Shown here: positions 11,955 to 23,830 of the stretch, piece after piece
How positions within the stretch are numbered: position 1 is the first letter of the stretch
Layout: every line of letters begins with the position of its first letter
NCBI GenBank assembly: GCA_053919585.1
Contig: CM132806.1
DNA length: 64,000 nt
Strand: one strand, 5' to 3'
DNA from: Euprymna scolopes
Taxonomy: Eukaryota
Position numbers and translations under genes: made by a program
Notes under the pieces: model-generated
Database searches by the model: none
What the model was told of the DNA's origin: nothing
Seen by the model: the letters and a program-made list of their open reading frames with translations, nothing else

Positions 11955-14297
11955 CTATGTGAGATAAAAAAAAAAAAAATAAAATAAAATTTACCCATTA
12001 GAGACAATTTTAGTGGTATACAAAAGGAAGAGAGAAAAAAAAGAGGGAGAGTTAAAAAAATAGAAGGAAAGAGAGGAAGAGGAAAAAGAAGAGGGGAAAG
12101 CGAGAGAGAGAAGGGGATATGTGAAATAAAAGACAGGTGTCCTTGCAGTGGACATTGAAAACTGAAAACAAGTTTGGCATTACTGATCGGGGCTTTTGTT
12201 TTTTATAATGTGGAGTGACGTGAACATTTCCTGATCATTGTATTGTACACCTGTGGAGCAGGAAACACTAATTTGTATAGTACAAATTGCCCCTTCCTGG
12301 ACCAGCATTCAAATTCTGTCGACCGCTGCTGCTTTATTCTCCAATGATTCCATACAAATAGTTGTACCCAAAATGTGGCAAGGCATTCCCACAGTTTTCT
12401 AGCCCTCAGCTACCCTCACACTTTCTCAACGGAAAACAACTTTTAAAGACCACACTTTAAAGCCGCAATGCTAAAATGCTGTCTGGAGGTCAGAAATGAT
12501 GATGCTGACGATGAAGCTAATAGGGACAGAAACATGTGCCTATATGTTTATGAGTATCCAATGTTGCGATGACTTTTTTCCTTTGCTTGTTTTTATTGAG
12601 AAGACTTATTCAACAGAACAGTGCTTGCATGTTTCTCTGTATTTTTATTTATTTTTAACATTTTTTATAACTATTTTTTGCAGCCACTTTTGACTACTTG
12701 AAGCTGAAAACAAGATAGCAATGATACATAGTTGGCTTCAGAGTGAAGCCAAATAAATTTCCATATAGAAAAAGAATATCAACGAGAGAAAGATGTTGAC
12801 ACAATAAAAGGTAAATATTGTAAGTTCTAAAGAAAAGACCAGCTGAAACAAGTGGCTCAATACACAAACAACAAATGACACATACAATGCACACAAGTGC
12901 ATTATCACTAAAATCAAAACTAGAAATAATAGTACATAGATTCTTAAGAGCAAAAGAAGCCCAAAGACATTAAAGCTATACACAATTATTATTTAATATC
13001 ATGCATAAAATTTATCATTTTTTTTTATTTCATTTCTTTTTTTTTTTTAAATTAAAAACCAATAAATTACTCTAATTTTATAATAGAATTTAAAGATAAA
13101 TTAACGAAAACTGAATTTCTAAATTAAAAATTCATAAGAAATAACAAGCAGCAGACATACAATGGTCTTTTTAAATACAGAATAAAAGTTCTATTAAAGT
13201 ATTACATTTCAGTTTTATTAAATAGTATTTATAGATTGCTTTTAGACTTGTCAAAGAAAAATCAAGAATCCATTCACAACTAAAAGCAAAGCCAACTTAT
13301 TTGTTACGTATTTTTTTCTTTTTCAAAATATCAACACATGCAAACCTGTAATAAAAGAAAGAATTAAAAACAAACTCAAATCTACCAGAAGATAACACAC
13401 TTAAAATTAAATAAAATATGTACAGCTATTTAAGTAATATAATGATTAATTTGTTTACATGTTTTCCTTAAATATATGAAGTGCCCCTGTGATAGATACT
13501 CCCTCTCACTACATAAGTCATAATTCTCTTTTCTTCATAGTTATTTCAGATAATATATTTTTAAACATTTAATCATTAAATTGCTTCTTATATTATTTAC
13601 ATTGTTCACCAATCTGCTTTATTTAAATACTCTATTCAATTTATAACAAATCATGATTCACAGAATGAACAATGCAGACATCTTTTTCTTTTTATGTAGT
13701 AACAAGTTACCACTTATCAAGGTACATACGTCACTCAAGAATAAGGGTTACAACAAATGTATGGATTTTGAAAATTGATTTTTATAATTCCTGAATATTA
13801 TCGATTTTGAATTATTTTAATTACATATTATAAATAATTTGGTGGATAAATTTCAAAGGAAATCAATAAAACGAAACTGCCATATTTATTATCTATTTCT
13901 GTTTTGAATTAAATATCAATAAAATTAGAATACAAATGAAGAACCAGTATCTTTATTATTTGCTTATGTTGAATAAAGTGTTGTCTGCTTTCAAATGACA
14001 AAATTTAACAGATATTAATGGAGTTGGTGAAATGATGTATTATTTCCATTATGAACAAAAATAAACACATTAAAAAGGTGTTTCTTATAATTATGGTTAT
14101 TTAATATTTATTTTTTTTTAATTTTAAATTGTTAAAATTTTTTCAGTATTTAAATGTAATTTTTTATGGAAAAATCGTTTTTAGTGTAAATAGAAAAGAT
14201 GTCCATCTAATTAGCACATACACTAAGATGTGAGAGTAGGATGATGAAGTGGCAGAAAGTGTATCCTCTAATATGTCTACACTCTTAATTGCTCGGA

Positions 14298-14450
14298 GGT
14301 GATGGTGGTTTAGTGTTTAACGACACTGATTAACAATCTGGGTGTTCCAACTTTGAATCCAGTTTGTTTCACAAAATCACTTTCGCTTGGGATGTTGGCA
14401 ACCTTCATGTGGTCCATTATGTAAGTATCCAATGCCTTTCTAGAAAGAAT
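14298..14450 (+). mobile_element. Degenerate tRNA-derived SINE head
   Basis: An A-box-like ggtggtttagtg and a B-box-like tttgaatcc at tRNA-like spacing. Confidence 0.35.
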
Positions 14451-14599
14451 TCTGACTAAAAAAATATTGTGGAAACAAATACCAACAATAGAATCACCTG
14501 ATTCATGTGATATGACACTTAATTCTAACTCTTTTTTTTTTATTATTGTTTTAATAGTTTCAAATATTATTAATTAAAAGGTGAATAAATAACCATTCT

Positions 14600-15076
14600 A
14601 AAATTTGTGTTAGTGGTTTTATTCTTATTCTTTGGAATACTATTTTTAAGCTAAAATTTGTGTTAGTGGTTTTATTCTTATTCTTTGGAATACTATTTTT
14701 AAGCTAAACTTTGTGTTAGTGGTTTTGTTCTTATTCTTTGGAATACTATTTTTAAGCTAAAATTTGTGTTAGTGGTTTTATTCTTATTCTTTGGAATACT
14801 ATTTTTAAGCTAAAATTTGTGTTAGTGGTTTTATTCTTATTCTTTGGAATACTATTTTTAAGCTAAAATTTGTGTTAGTGGTTTTGTTCTTATTCTTTGG
14901 AATACTATTTTTAAGCTAAAATTTGTGTTAGTGGTTTTATTCTTATTTTTTGGAATACTATTTTTAAGCTAAAATTTGTGTTAGTGGTTTTATTCTTATT
15001 CTTTGGAATACTATCTTTAAGCTAAAATTTGTGTTAGTGGTTTTATTCTTATTCTTTGGAATACTATCTTTAAGCT
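14600..15076. repeat. 53-bp minisatellite, exactly 9 copies
   Basis: Unit aaaatttgtgttagtggttttattcttattctttggaatactatttttaagct. 477 bp = 9 x 53, with few substitutions. Confidence 0.97.
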
Positions 15077-17977
15077 GCAAATTGTTTTTGAATAAATTTG
15101 ATAAGCAATGAACCCTTTAAGTGGGAGAATTTTTACTTCGAACATCAATTGGATGAAGATAACTGCAAAATAGTGAAAAATTAATCTACAATAAACAATA
15201 AATATCTAACACAGAATATAATAAGAATGCAATAATAAGCACTGTTTTTATATATCTCCGTCTATCATCAATTACGATTATATACAAATATCAGGCAATT
15301 TATTTAATACATTCAAAACATTGCCAGTTTATATTTAGCAGCAAAAAATCTTTTAATGATAAAAGAAACTATCAGTTGGTGCAGACACTTGGCACCAAAT
15401 ATTTTGCCTGATTTATCTTGCTATAAAGCTGGGAGGGAATTATTGGTTTTATTTATCCATAATCTTATTTCTCAAAAGATTATCAATATATTCTATTTAT
15501 TAAATAGTTTACATTTGTAATGTATCTTATCAGCTTTTAATCTGTAAAATAATTTTTGAAATGTCCAATGATTATACGTTGAAAAGGTTTCTCAGTGTTT
15601 GAACAAATATTAAACATTCATAAAAGAATGTTGAAGTTGATAATGAAAGTTGTAAAATTAATATTAGAGGCTGAACAAAAGATTTCACATTGATTGGAAA
15701 TGATAAAATATTGTTAAGGCAATTATATCTGTTTTAATAATTCACTAGAGTTAATTTTTAAAAATCAAAATATAAATTATTAGAAGTGTCTTTTTTTAAT
15801 GTTATAATCATTTAAACAGTCTACAGGAGTTGTTTATTGCTGTTAGAATCATTCACATTCTCATTGAAAGGTGTATGTTTCAGTTGCTGTTAAACAGGAA
15901 ATCTTTTGTTAAAATCTACAAAAAATAATTAACAAAATCTGGAAATAAAGATAAGTTATTATAAACTAGGTTATAAGGATTCTTGAAAAAAAAACTTACA
16001 ATATTTTCCAAATTAGAACTTTAGAACTACAATAATTAAAACAGGAAACATTCGACCATCATAATAGTAGATGGTTCATATTTACCAAAGTTAAAGCATA
16101 AATAATTCGATAATTGTCTTGATAATGATTCATAGTGTGAACTTCATTTGAAGACCTTAACAGAAGTATTTAGTGCCTTAAATGCTAAAACAGAAGATAC
16201 AACATTGTGCAGAGTAGGTGGGTGTCCATAAATGTTATTACTATTTCAATTCTTGGATTAACACAAGGATTATACAGGAAAACATCTTTATACACAAAAA
16301 ATAAGGCATACAGGATATTTGGGACAAATTTGGTGATTTTTTCATATTCTTTCATTTCTGAAGCATTTAATGACAGTAAAGTGCAACCCATAGATTTCTT
16401 TATGTGTACTTTTGGTAGGTTTGAAAGCTGGAGATGGAGGGCTGGAAAGAGATAGTAATATTAAAAGAGAGTGACCTGCATCATGATGATTAATGCCAGA
16501 TTAAGAAATTTTGGAAATCTCAGTTATGTTTCAAGAGAAACTCTTTAACAAGGCCAAACAGCCAGTTGAGGTAGAGATGCTCTGATTCTTCTTAGGACCA
16601 GTTAAATTATATGCCAAACAAACAAGTGGCTAACCAAAAAGTCCCATGCATCATGAAGATAAATTTTCTGTGACAAACTGTGATCGCCTTTGGATGTGTT
16701 TCCAGCAAACACCCTGGAAAAGGAACTCAGACTCAATTCAGATGACTATAAAATTGCTGTCACTGTTATCAAGCACTGATGTGGCAGCAGGATTCCACTC
16801 CATATCACATCAACAGGAAAACTCAAAAGTTGCAGTCTTGAAAATTTCCACAACTTGAAGGTCTCAACACCTGGCCTCCTATCTTATGTAATTACAAACT
16901 GATTGACTATTACGCATAGTGTGCAGTTGAAAAAGATGTATATTGTATTATCTGTAACACCAAGGATGAACTGATTACAAGATCAAACTGGTGTTCAGAC
17001 ATCTCTCAAAGGACACTATGCGCAGCAACCGTCAGGTTCAGGTCTCATGTGATGGTGGCTCATGGTAACTTAAGTGAACTGTATTCGGCAAAAAATTCTT
17101 AAAGAGATACACCTTGAATTTTGAGGATACAATATGACTTTTTTCCTTTCCTTTTCAAAATGTATCAAATTTGTTCTGAACTCGCGTAGAATACCAAAAG
17201 ATCTTAATCATGTGACTTAGATGGTCTTTGCAAGCTGATGATCTGTATTTAGTAAGAGATTTATGGAAAGGTAACTCTTACAACAATTTGATAAATAAAT
17301 CTATGGGAATTTATTCAGTTACATTCACATGTTCTAATAGAACACTAAATAGGTTAGAAGGTAGTATTTCACAAAAATGGCCAACACTTGTGACTGGTAT
17401 TTTCAATATCAAATGGATAATGAATATTTAATTTGAAATTGGCCGCTAAACTAAATGACATTCTTGAAATGGATCTAAACATCACAATGTTTACTAGCAT
17501 GTTATTTTAACATCTTTAACTATGAATCATGCCACGATATTACTCAATTGAAATTTTCTCATGTATGATCCCATAACAGTCTCCAAAAAACACAAAAATA
17601 AAAACAATTTTATTCAAATAGTAAAAGCATCTCTTTCAATTTATAACCTAGAAGTATTTATAATTTTATTAAAGTTATAATTTGACACCAAATTGCAAAA
17701 AAATGATATGAAAGTTATTTGATTGTGAAGTGACATTCAGAAAAGAAAAACATTTTTTTGTTTGCTAGTTTTAAATGTTGAATAGAGAAAGTAATTACTG
17801 AACATGTAATTTTTAGTATACATCAATTGTTTCAGAATTGATTAATAAAAGAAATCAATCCGTTCTGAAAAATAATAATTCTAAAAGTATTTTATTGAAT
17901 ATTGTATTATGATAGAAAAACATTGTTTTATCCTATTCATTATGTCTCTTCGTATATCTTATTTTCATTTCAAAAGA

Positions 17978-18011
<34 letters not shown>

Positions 18012-19477
18012 CTACAATATGCAGTCCTTGTCAGCTGCCAAACAGAGGTGGTATATATATATATATATATATATATACATGAACAATTACTTATATGTTC
18101 TAACAAATGATATAATAGGAAAATATAGTTCAAATTTTTATAACTATTTCACTAGATGAACCCCATTAAAAAACAACCACGTTATTTCATTTTTTTACCG
18201 TTGTTTCTAGAGTTATCCAGTTTATTATTAAAATGTTCTACACATGCACAACTTTTAACTTGGTTAGGTAATTTGTTCCAAAAATATATTATTTAATTAA
18301 AAAATTATAGCTGAACTGTTTTTAGAGCTACCAATCTTATTTAAACAATAAACCTTGTCACTAGGGAAACACCACACCTTTTTTATTGTAGACATGCTCT
18401 TGCAACCATCTTGTTTTTGCCTGCCTGCCTTTTGAAGGAAATGACATTCTAATGATTAGTTCTGCCTGCCATAGGGTGATGGATGACTTACAGATGGGAA
18501 CCAATGGTGGTGGGGAACAGTAAATGCTTGATGGATAGATGATGAAAAGTGTTTCCCTGACAGCCACAAAAGCATGCAACCCAAGATAAAAAAAAAAAAA
18601 AAAAAAATGAAAACTTTCTAGCAAAGACTTAACTACACTAGTGATGACATGCTATTCCAATAGCAAATATACAACTAGATCTGAAAAACAAGATTTGTTG
18701 AATATATATTTCTTTCTTAAATCAACTATCACAAACTAATTTGAACTGCTGACTGAAATGGTCCTATTCAATCTTAAATACCAACCAGTCTCTATAATTG
18801 ATATGTTACTATCTTAAAACGGAGTGAATAGAAGTCATAAATAAAAAGAAATAGTAGTTAAAAAAGTTCTGTCCAGCTATTTTTACAATGACGTTACAAT
18901 TGTACAGAGATACAGGTACAGTATGAGTATATTAAAGAGTTATTAGTAAAGGCGGGGGGGGGTAGTCTTTAATACGGCAAGAGCGGAAAATCAATAAAAA
19001 GTTAAATAAAATTCAGGTATCTTTTGGCGCTTAAAATAATCAAATCTATTCTAATATCAATTGATCTTTCTAGAGCTTAAAATTTGAGTTAACTTAGGCG
19101 TATAAGAAAATTATAAAATCAATATTAAAAGATTTAAAAAAAAGAAAAGTAACTGACTTTAATTTATTTAATTAAAAACCTAGCATATTCAACCTAGTAT
19201 ATTTATTTCTCATTCCGTCACCTACAATAGATTTCATTAGAAAAAGAAAAACTTTATTTTGTAGATAACTGATTTGAAAATGCATTGAAAGATTTGTAAG
19301 AAAGTCAGGATTAACTTTCTCGTATGAAAAATTTCGTTTTTATTTAGATTTGTTCATATCATGCATAAAACAGGTTTTCTCTTTTCTTGATTCGGTTCCA
19401 GTTGTTCTTGATGCCAATGGTGGAAGTATGTATAAAATATAAGATATATATATATATATACATATATATAAGCTTAC

Positions 19478-19662
19478 CTGGTCACACATCTTGCACTGGT
19501 AAGTTTTAGCAGCTTTTGTTGGTTTAACAGGTTGAGGCACCACCAAAGGGGAATTGGTGGCTGGAGTAGTTGAGCCAACATGGGCAGTACGATAGCCTCC
19601 GTTGCTCTGAGTATTCGGACGCAAATCTTGAACCCGATTCATATTATCCTGATTAAGATTAT
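19478..19662 (-). CDS. rn: Upstream coding exon of the same zinc-finger gene (…MNRVQDLRP…SPLVVPQPVKP…KTYQCKMCDQ), encoding the first half of ZF1
   Basis: Acceptor cttttgtcttttcag|AT at 19663/19662 and donor CAG|gtaagc at 19478/19477. The phase-0 join to the next exon rebuilds a canonical finger, YQCKMCDQ|VFTTKSDMLIHCQQIH (C-x2-C-x12-H-x4-H). An in-frame ATG at 19642 would give 371 aa. A further phase-1 upstream exon is also possible but was not found. Confidence 0.9.
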
Positions 19663-20207
19663 CTGAAAAGACAAAAGCGATTTTTCTGTTAAATAGAGAA
19701 TTCCATAGAGAATGTGGTAAAACTTTTATAAGATTATTTTTTATATGCATGTTAAAATATCAATAGAATAAAAGCCAAAAAATAAATAATTCCACTTGAA
19801 ATGTTAATATGATCGAAAAATTGGTTAATAATCTGCAAATGTCTCAGTTAATAAAATGATCTCACCTACTAAAAAGGAAATAAAAATGTAAAAAGGAAAA
19901 GTAAAGAATTTGTAAGATAATGGATGGAATATAACTTTCTAAAAAGTTCTCCATAATAGCATTTTCCTATTTCGAAATATTAAAATCAGGATACAGACTT
20001 ACAAACATCTGAAACAATCATATATTAAACAATAACTTGAAACAGTAAAAATGAATGGAATGAGGCTTTAAATATCTTTTATATTGTGATGAGAGACTCA
20101 TTTTCAATCAGTATCAGCTGATGAAGTAGAAGACATTCATTAAAATAAAAACCCGTTTTCTATTGATGCAATGAGATGGACAAAATATACCTATATTTAA
20201 ACTGATA

Positions 20208-21465
20208 TTAGGTTGGTCCAAAAACAATATCGTTTTCTCACATTTGTTTCTTTTATATACGATTTCTGAATTAATTCACTGATATATATATCGCCATGTT
20301 ATATATCATTTTGAAGTGCGTTTTTCACTATCAAATTGTGTTATTTATTTCTGTTCTCAATCTCTTCATTCATTTTTTTGCAGGCTTTTCGACAGCATGG
20401 ACAAAATTCAAATCCACACGATTTTCTTGTTCCAATTCAAACTAGGCTGAAAAGCTGGCAAGACAGTTTGTGATATCAATGATGCATTTGGCCCACGAAC
20501 CATGAACGAACATGTGGTACAATGGTGGTTCAAGAAATTTCGCAATGGTGACGAGAGCTTCGAAGATGTAGACGGTCACAGTCAGCTGACTGCGGTTGAT
20601 AATGAACATTTGAAAGCTTCAATTGAAGCCAATCCTTGCAAAACCACACAAGAAGTTGCTGTTGAACTTGAGGTCAACCACTCAACAGTCGTTCACAATT
20701 TAAAGCAAATAGGGAAGTCAAAAAAGTTGGGTAAATGGATGCCACATGAATTGAATGATAGTAAAAAAAAAATCATCATTTTGAGGTGTCTTCTATGCTC
20801 CTTCTGTGCCACAAAAATGACCCATTTCTCAAGCGGATTGTAATGTGTGATGAGAAATGGATTCTCTATGGCAACTGGCAACGTTCAGCATAGTGGTTGG
20901 ATGTCTGAGAAGCTCCACAACACTTCCCGAAGCTGAAATTGCACCAAAAAAAGCTTATGGTGACTGATGGTCTGCAGCCGATCTCATCCATCAGTTTCTT
21001 GAATCCAGGCAAAATGATTACAGCGGAGAAATTGATGAAATGCACCAGAATCTCCAATGTGTGAGCCCAAGATTGGTCAATATGAAGGAACTAATTCTCT
21101 TCCACCACAATACTCACCTGCATGTTGCTCAACTGACCCTGCTGAAGCTGAAAAAATTGAGCTACAAGACTGCCTTATCCGCCATATTCATGGGAACTCT
21201 TGCCCACCAATTATCACCTTTTCAAGCATCTTGACGACTTCCTGTGTGAAAAATACTTCAAAAGCCGAGATGATGCTGAATTGGCCTTCAATGATTCCAG
21301 AACTCTGGATTTCTATGCTCATGGGATAAATAAACTGGTTTCTCATTGGCAAAAATGTGTTGATTCTAATGGTTCCTATTTCGATTAATAAAGTTTATTA
21401 TGAAAAAAGTTATGATCTTTTGACGTTAAACATCAAAAAACGACATTATTTTTGCACCAACCTAA
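20208..21465 (+). mobile_element. Near-full-length mariner transposon, Hsmar1-like (cecropia subfamily), inactive
   Basis: 29-bp TIRs (ttaggttggtccaaaaacaatatcgtttt, and the reverse complement of 21437-21465; 26/29 identical) resemble the Hsmar1/MADE1 TIR. TA target duplications at 20206-20207 and 21466-21467. Length 1258 bp. Confidence 0.95.
20397..21388 (+). pseudogene. Disrupted mariner transposase (Hsmar1/SETMAR-like)
   Basis: Motifs MDKIQI…VQWWFKKF, WMPHEL (WVPHEL), CDEKW, PTNYHLFKHLD and WQKCVDSNGSYFD*. In-frame TGA at 20448, several frameshifts, and the 2nd and 3rd catalytic Asp are lost. Confidence 0.93.
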
Positions 21466-21499
21466 TAGTTTTTAATTCCCTTCATTCCCATGGCAGTTG

Positions 21500-21635
21500 T
21501 TTGGTGTCCTTGAGGTAGTGGCTTAGCAAATAAAGCAAAACAATTACTTTGTGGCTGAGTTCGAATCTCATGACTGGCAGGAATTCTCGCCCCTACACCA
21601 ATGATTACATAGGTACGAAACACTACAGTCTGTAA
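21500..21635 (+). mobile_element. tRNA-derived SINE fragment followed by (TA)n
   Basis: A-box-like gtagtggcttagc and B-box gagttcgaatctc. Confidence 0.45.
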
Positions 21636-21718
21636 TTATATATATATATATATATATAATACATTAACATACATATATAAATACACATGTACATATATGC
21701 ATACTTATGTATATGTCA

Positions 21719-21756
<38 letters not shown>

Positions 21757-21882
21757 CATTTATTTGTTTAAACATTTGAGGCAGTACATTTGTGAAGGAA
21801 AAATTATTCCCAACTAGTATTAATGTAAATATGCTCTTCTATATAAATAATTGAATTAGTTCAAAAAGTATTGCAAACAAAA

Positions 21883-22070
21883 TCTAATATATAAAAGGCT
21901 ATATGTCTGTCTGTCTCCATATTTTCAAACTATCTCCTCTGAAACTAATAGTTGCAGAACGGCGGTAGAGGCGTCAAATGATTGGATTTTTTTACAGACT
22001 GTTTTTTCATGGGTCTTTAGCTGGTTAAAATAGTTTTTAAGAGATCAATGCCGTCTGATGTGTGAATTTT
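21883..22070 (+). mobile_element. 5' portion of a non-autonomous Helitron-like element
   Basis: The start a|TCtaatatataaaa followed by (gtct)n is typical of Helitron/DINE-like 5' ends. The 3' end was not found, so the end coordinate is approximate. Confidence 0.45.
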
Positions 22071-23199
22071 TTTTTAAATCACAAAAAATCAGAGAATTAT
22101 GCAATATTCATAAAATTCTTTACATTTATTTGATCCATTCTATATTCTACAAGGAATGCAAATTCTTACATTTAACATAATAGCAATTTTTAAAAATAAA
22201 ATTTTAAAACTGAATTTAAGTTTAAACCAGATTATCACATGTGCAAAAATGTATTTTTTTACATGTTGTTACACAATGCTTGTTTCATATAATTATTTTC
22301 AACATCTTGAGTTAAAATACATAACTAGAACTAAGGAGGCCTCCAGGAGGCTGCTGACTCCTCCCAATCAGGAAATCAGTTATAGTTAGGAGCACCAACC
22401 CAGTACAGATCAGTTTACTTTAAAGAGAGCTATTATCGATTTATGATTGGTCTATTATTACTCTATGCTACTCAAAATATTTGTCTTCTTTTTATTATTT
22501 ATAAGTAAAAACATTAACATTTTTATCATTACTGTACGAAGTTAATGGACAAAAGTGTCAATCTTTTTGAACACAAATTCTTCACTACTGGCAAAATTTC
22601 AAAATAGAAAAGTAAAGAAAACAACTGTTTGCACTATCAAGATAAATAACAAATGTAAATAAGAGTTAAAATATAAGTTGAATTTATGCAAAGAAATTAA
22701 CAATGTACTAGTGAAAAACTGATAGGTCATTTTTATTTGTCGGCAAAAATAACTAATTTCTATTTATTTGCATGAAGAATATAATGAAATTGTTGGTGCT
22801 GCAGTTGGGCAACAAATGAATTTTGATTAACAGTTATTAATGAAATCTCATTCTGATTGCTCATTTCAAAGTTATCAATTGTCAAAGAATATTTTCTTAG
22901 GCTTCTTAAATAATGAGACAAAAACTAACAAAAAACAAAGTACATTTATAAGTTTACATCATGAGATTACCAAGAAAAACTAATGTTTATCATTTGTTAA
23001 TTATGTGTTCAATGTTTAAGGAAAAGAAATACAGTTAATTCAACACATTTGTCATTCCAAATTGAGCAAACAAAACATTTATTCACCAAATGTGGTCTTG
23101 AAATGTTTAAAAAAAATTAATTAACCACACATACATACTAAATATATTTTCGTATTAAAAAATAAATGTCATGTTTACACTATTTAGATATTTCTAACT

Positions 23200-23830
23200 G
23201 CTATATTCACAACGTTTCGATTATTGTACTCTTCAGCCTTCTTCAGGGACCATTTGTTGAAGTCATCCTTTTTTTTTTTAACTCAACCATTATTCAATGT
23301 AAGGAGTTGACTATTTCTCTTTCTGTTTTCCATGCTAAGAAAAATCATCCATCATTTGAATTGTCTTTCAAGTTGGATAAAATTCAGCAGTTTACTCCCA
23401 TGCAATGAATAATAGATTTAAAAGGTTGCTTTTGACAAATGACCCCTAAAGAAAATTGGACAGTATTAGCTGACAAAATACGAATATGGTAACCAAAATA
23501 AGGATAACAATTTGAAACATGTAATATATAAATTGTAACGATTCTTTATCAAAGAAACACACGTAGATGTGATATGTATTTGTATTGGTTTTATTTGAAC
23601 AACTGTGTTCATTTGCTATTTTTATTACATTTTGACTGATTTGTCTTTCGACCATCTCCAGGTTAATTGTTCATACACAATCGTTTATAGTATTTAAGTA
23701 GGTAGAAAATATCAGTATATTGAATAAAAAAATAATCAACAACATTAAATAAGGAAAAAAAAAGTACCTGAAGAAAGCCGAACGACAGAATTACTGAAAC
23801 GTAGTCAAAAAAATAAACAGCAATATTGAG
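23200..23830. mobile_element. Penelope-like retroelement remnant with inverted hammerhead-like terminal motifs
   Basis: CTGAAGA…GAAACGT at 23767-23803 (+) and in reverse at 23211-23248 (-). Confidence 0.45.

Larger units (their letters stand above)
11955..19477 (-). other. 7.5-kb GT-AG phase-0 intron of the zinc-finger gene
   Basis: GTAAGC donor and polypyrimidine/TAG acceptor. Splicing restores ZF1 in frame. Confidence 0.88.

Noticed and set aside
16450-17050. Possible very old reverse-transcriptase fragment
   Set aside because: Only faint AF..V…L-like similarity, with no diagnostic QG or YADD motif readable.
19340-19750. The 136-aa ORF as a complete gene
   Set aside because: Only 19478-19662 is bounded by splice sites. 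The flanks translate intronic low-complexity DNA.
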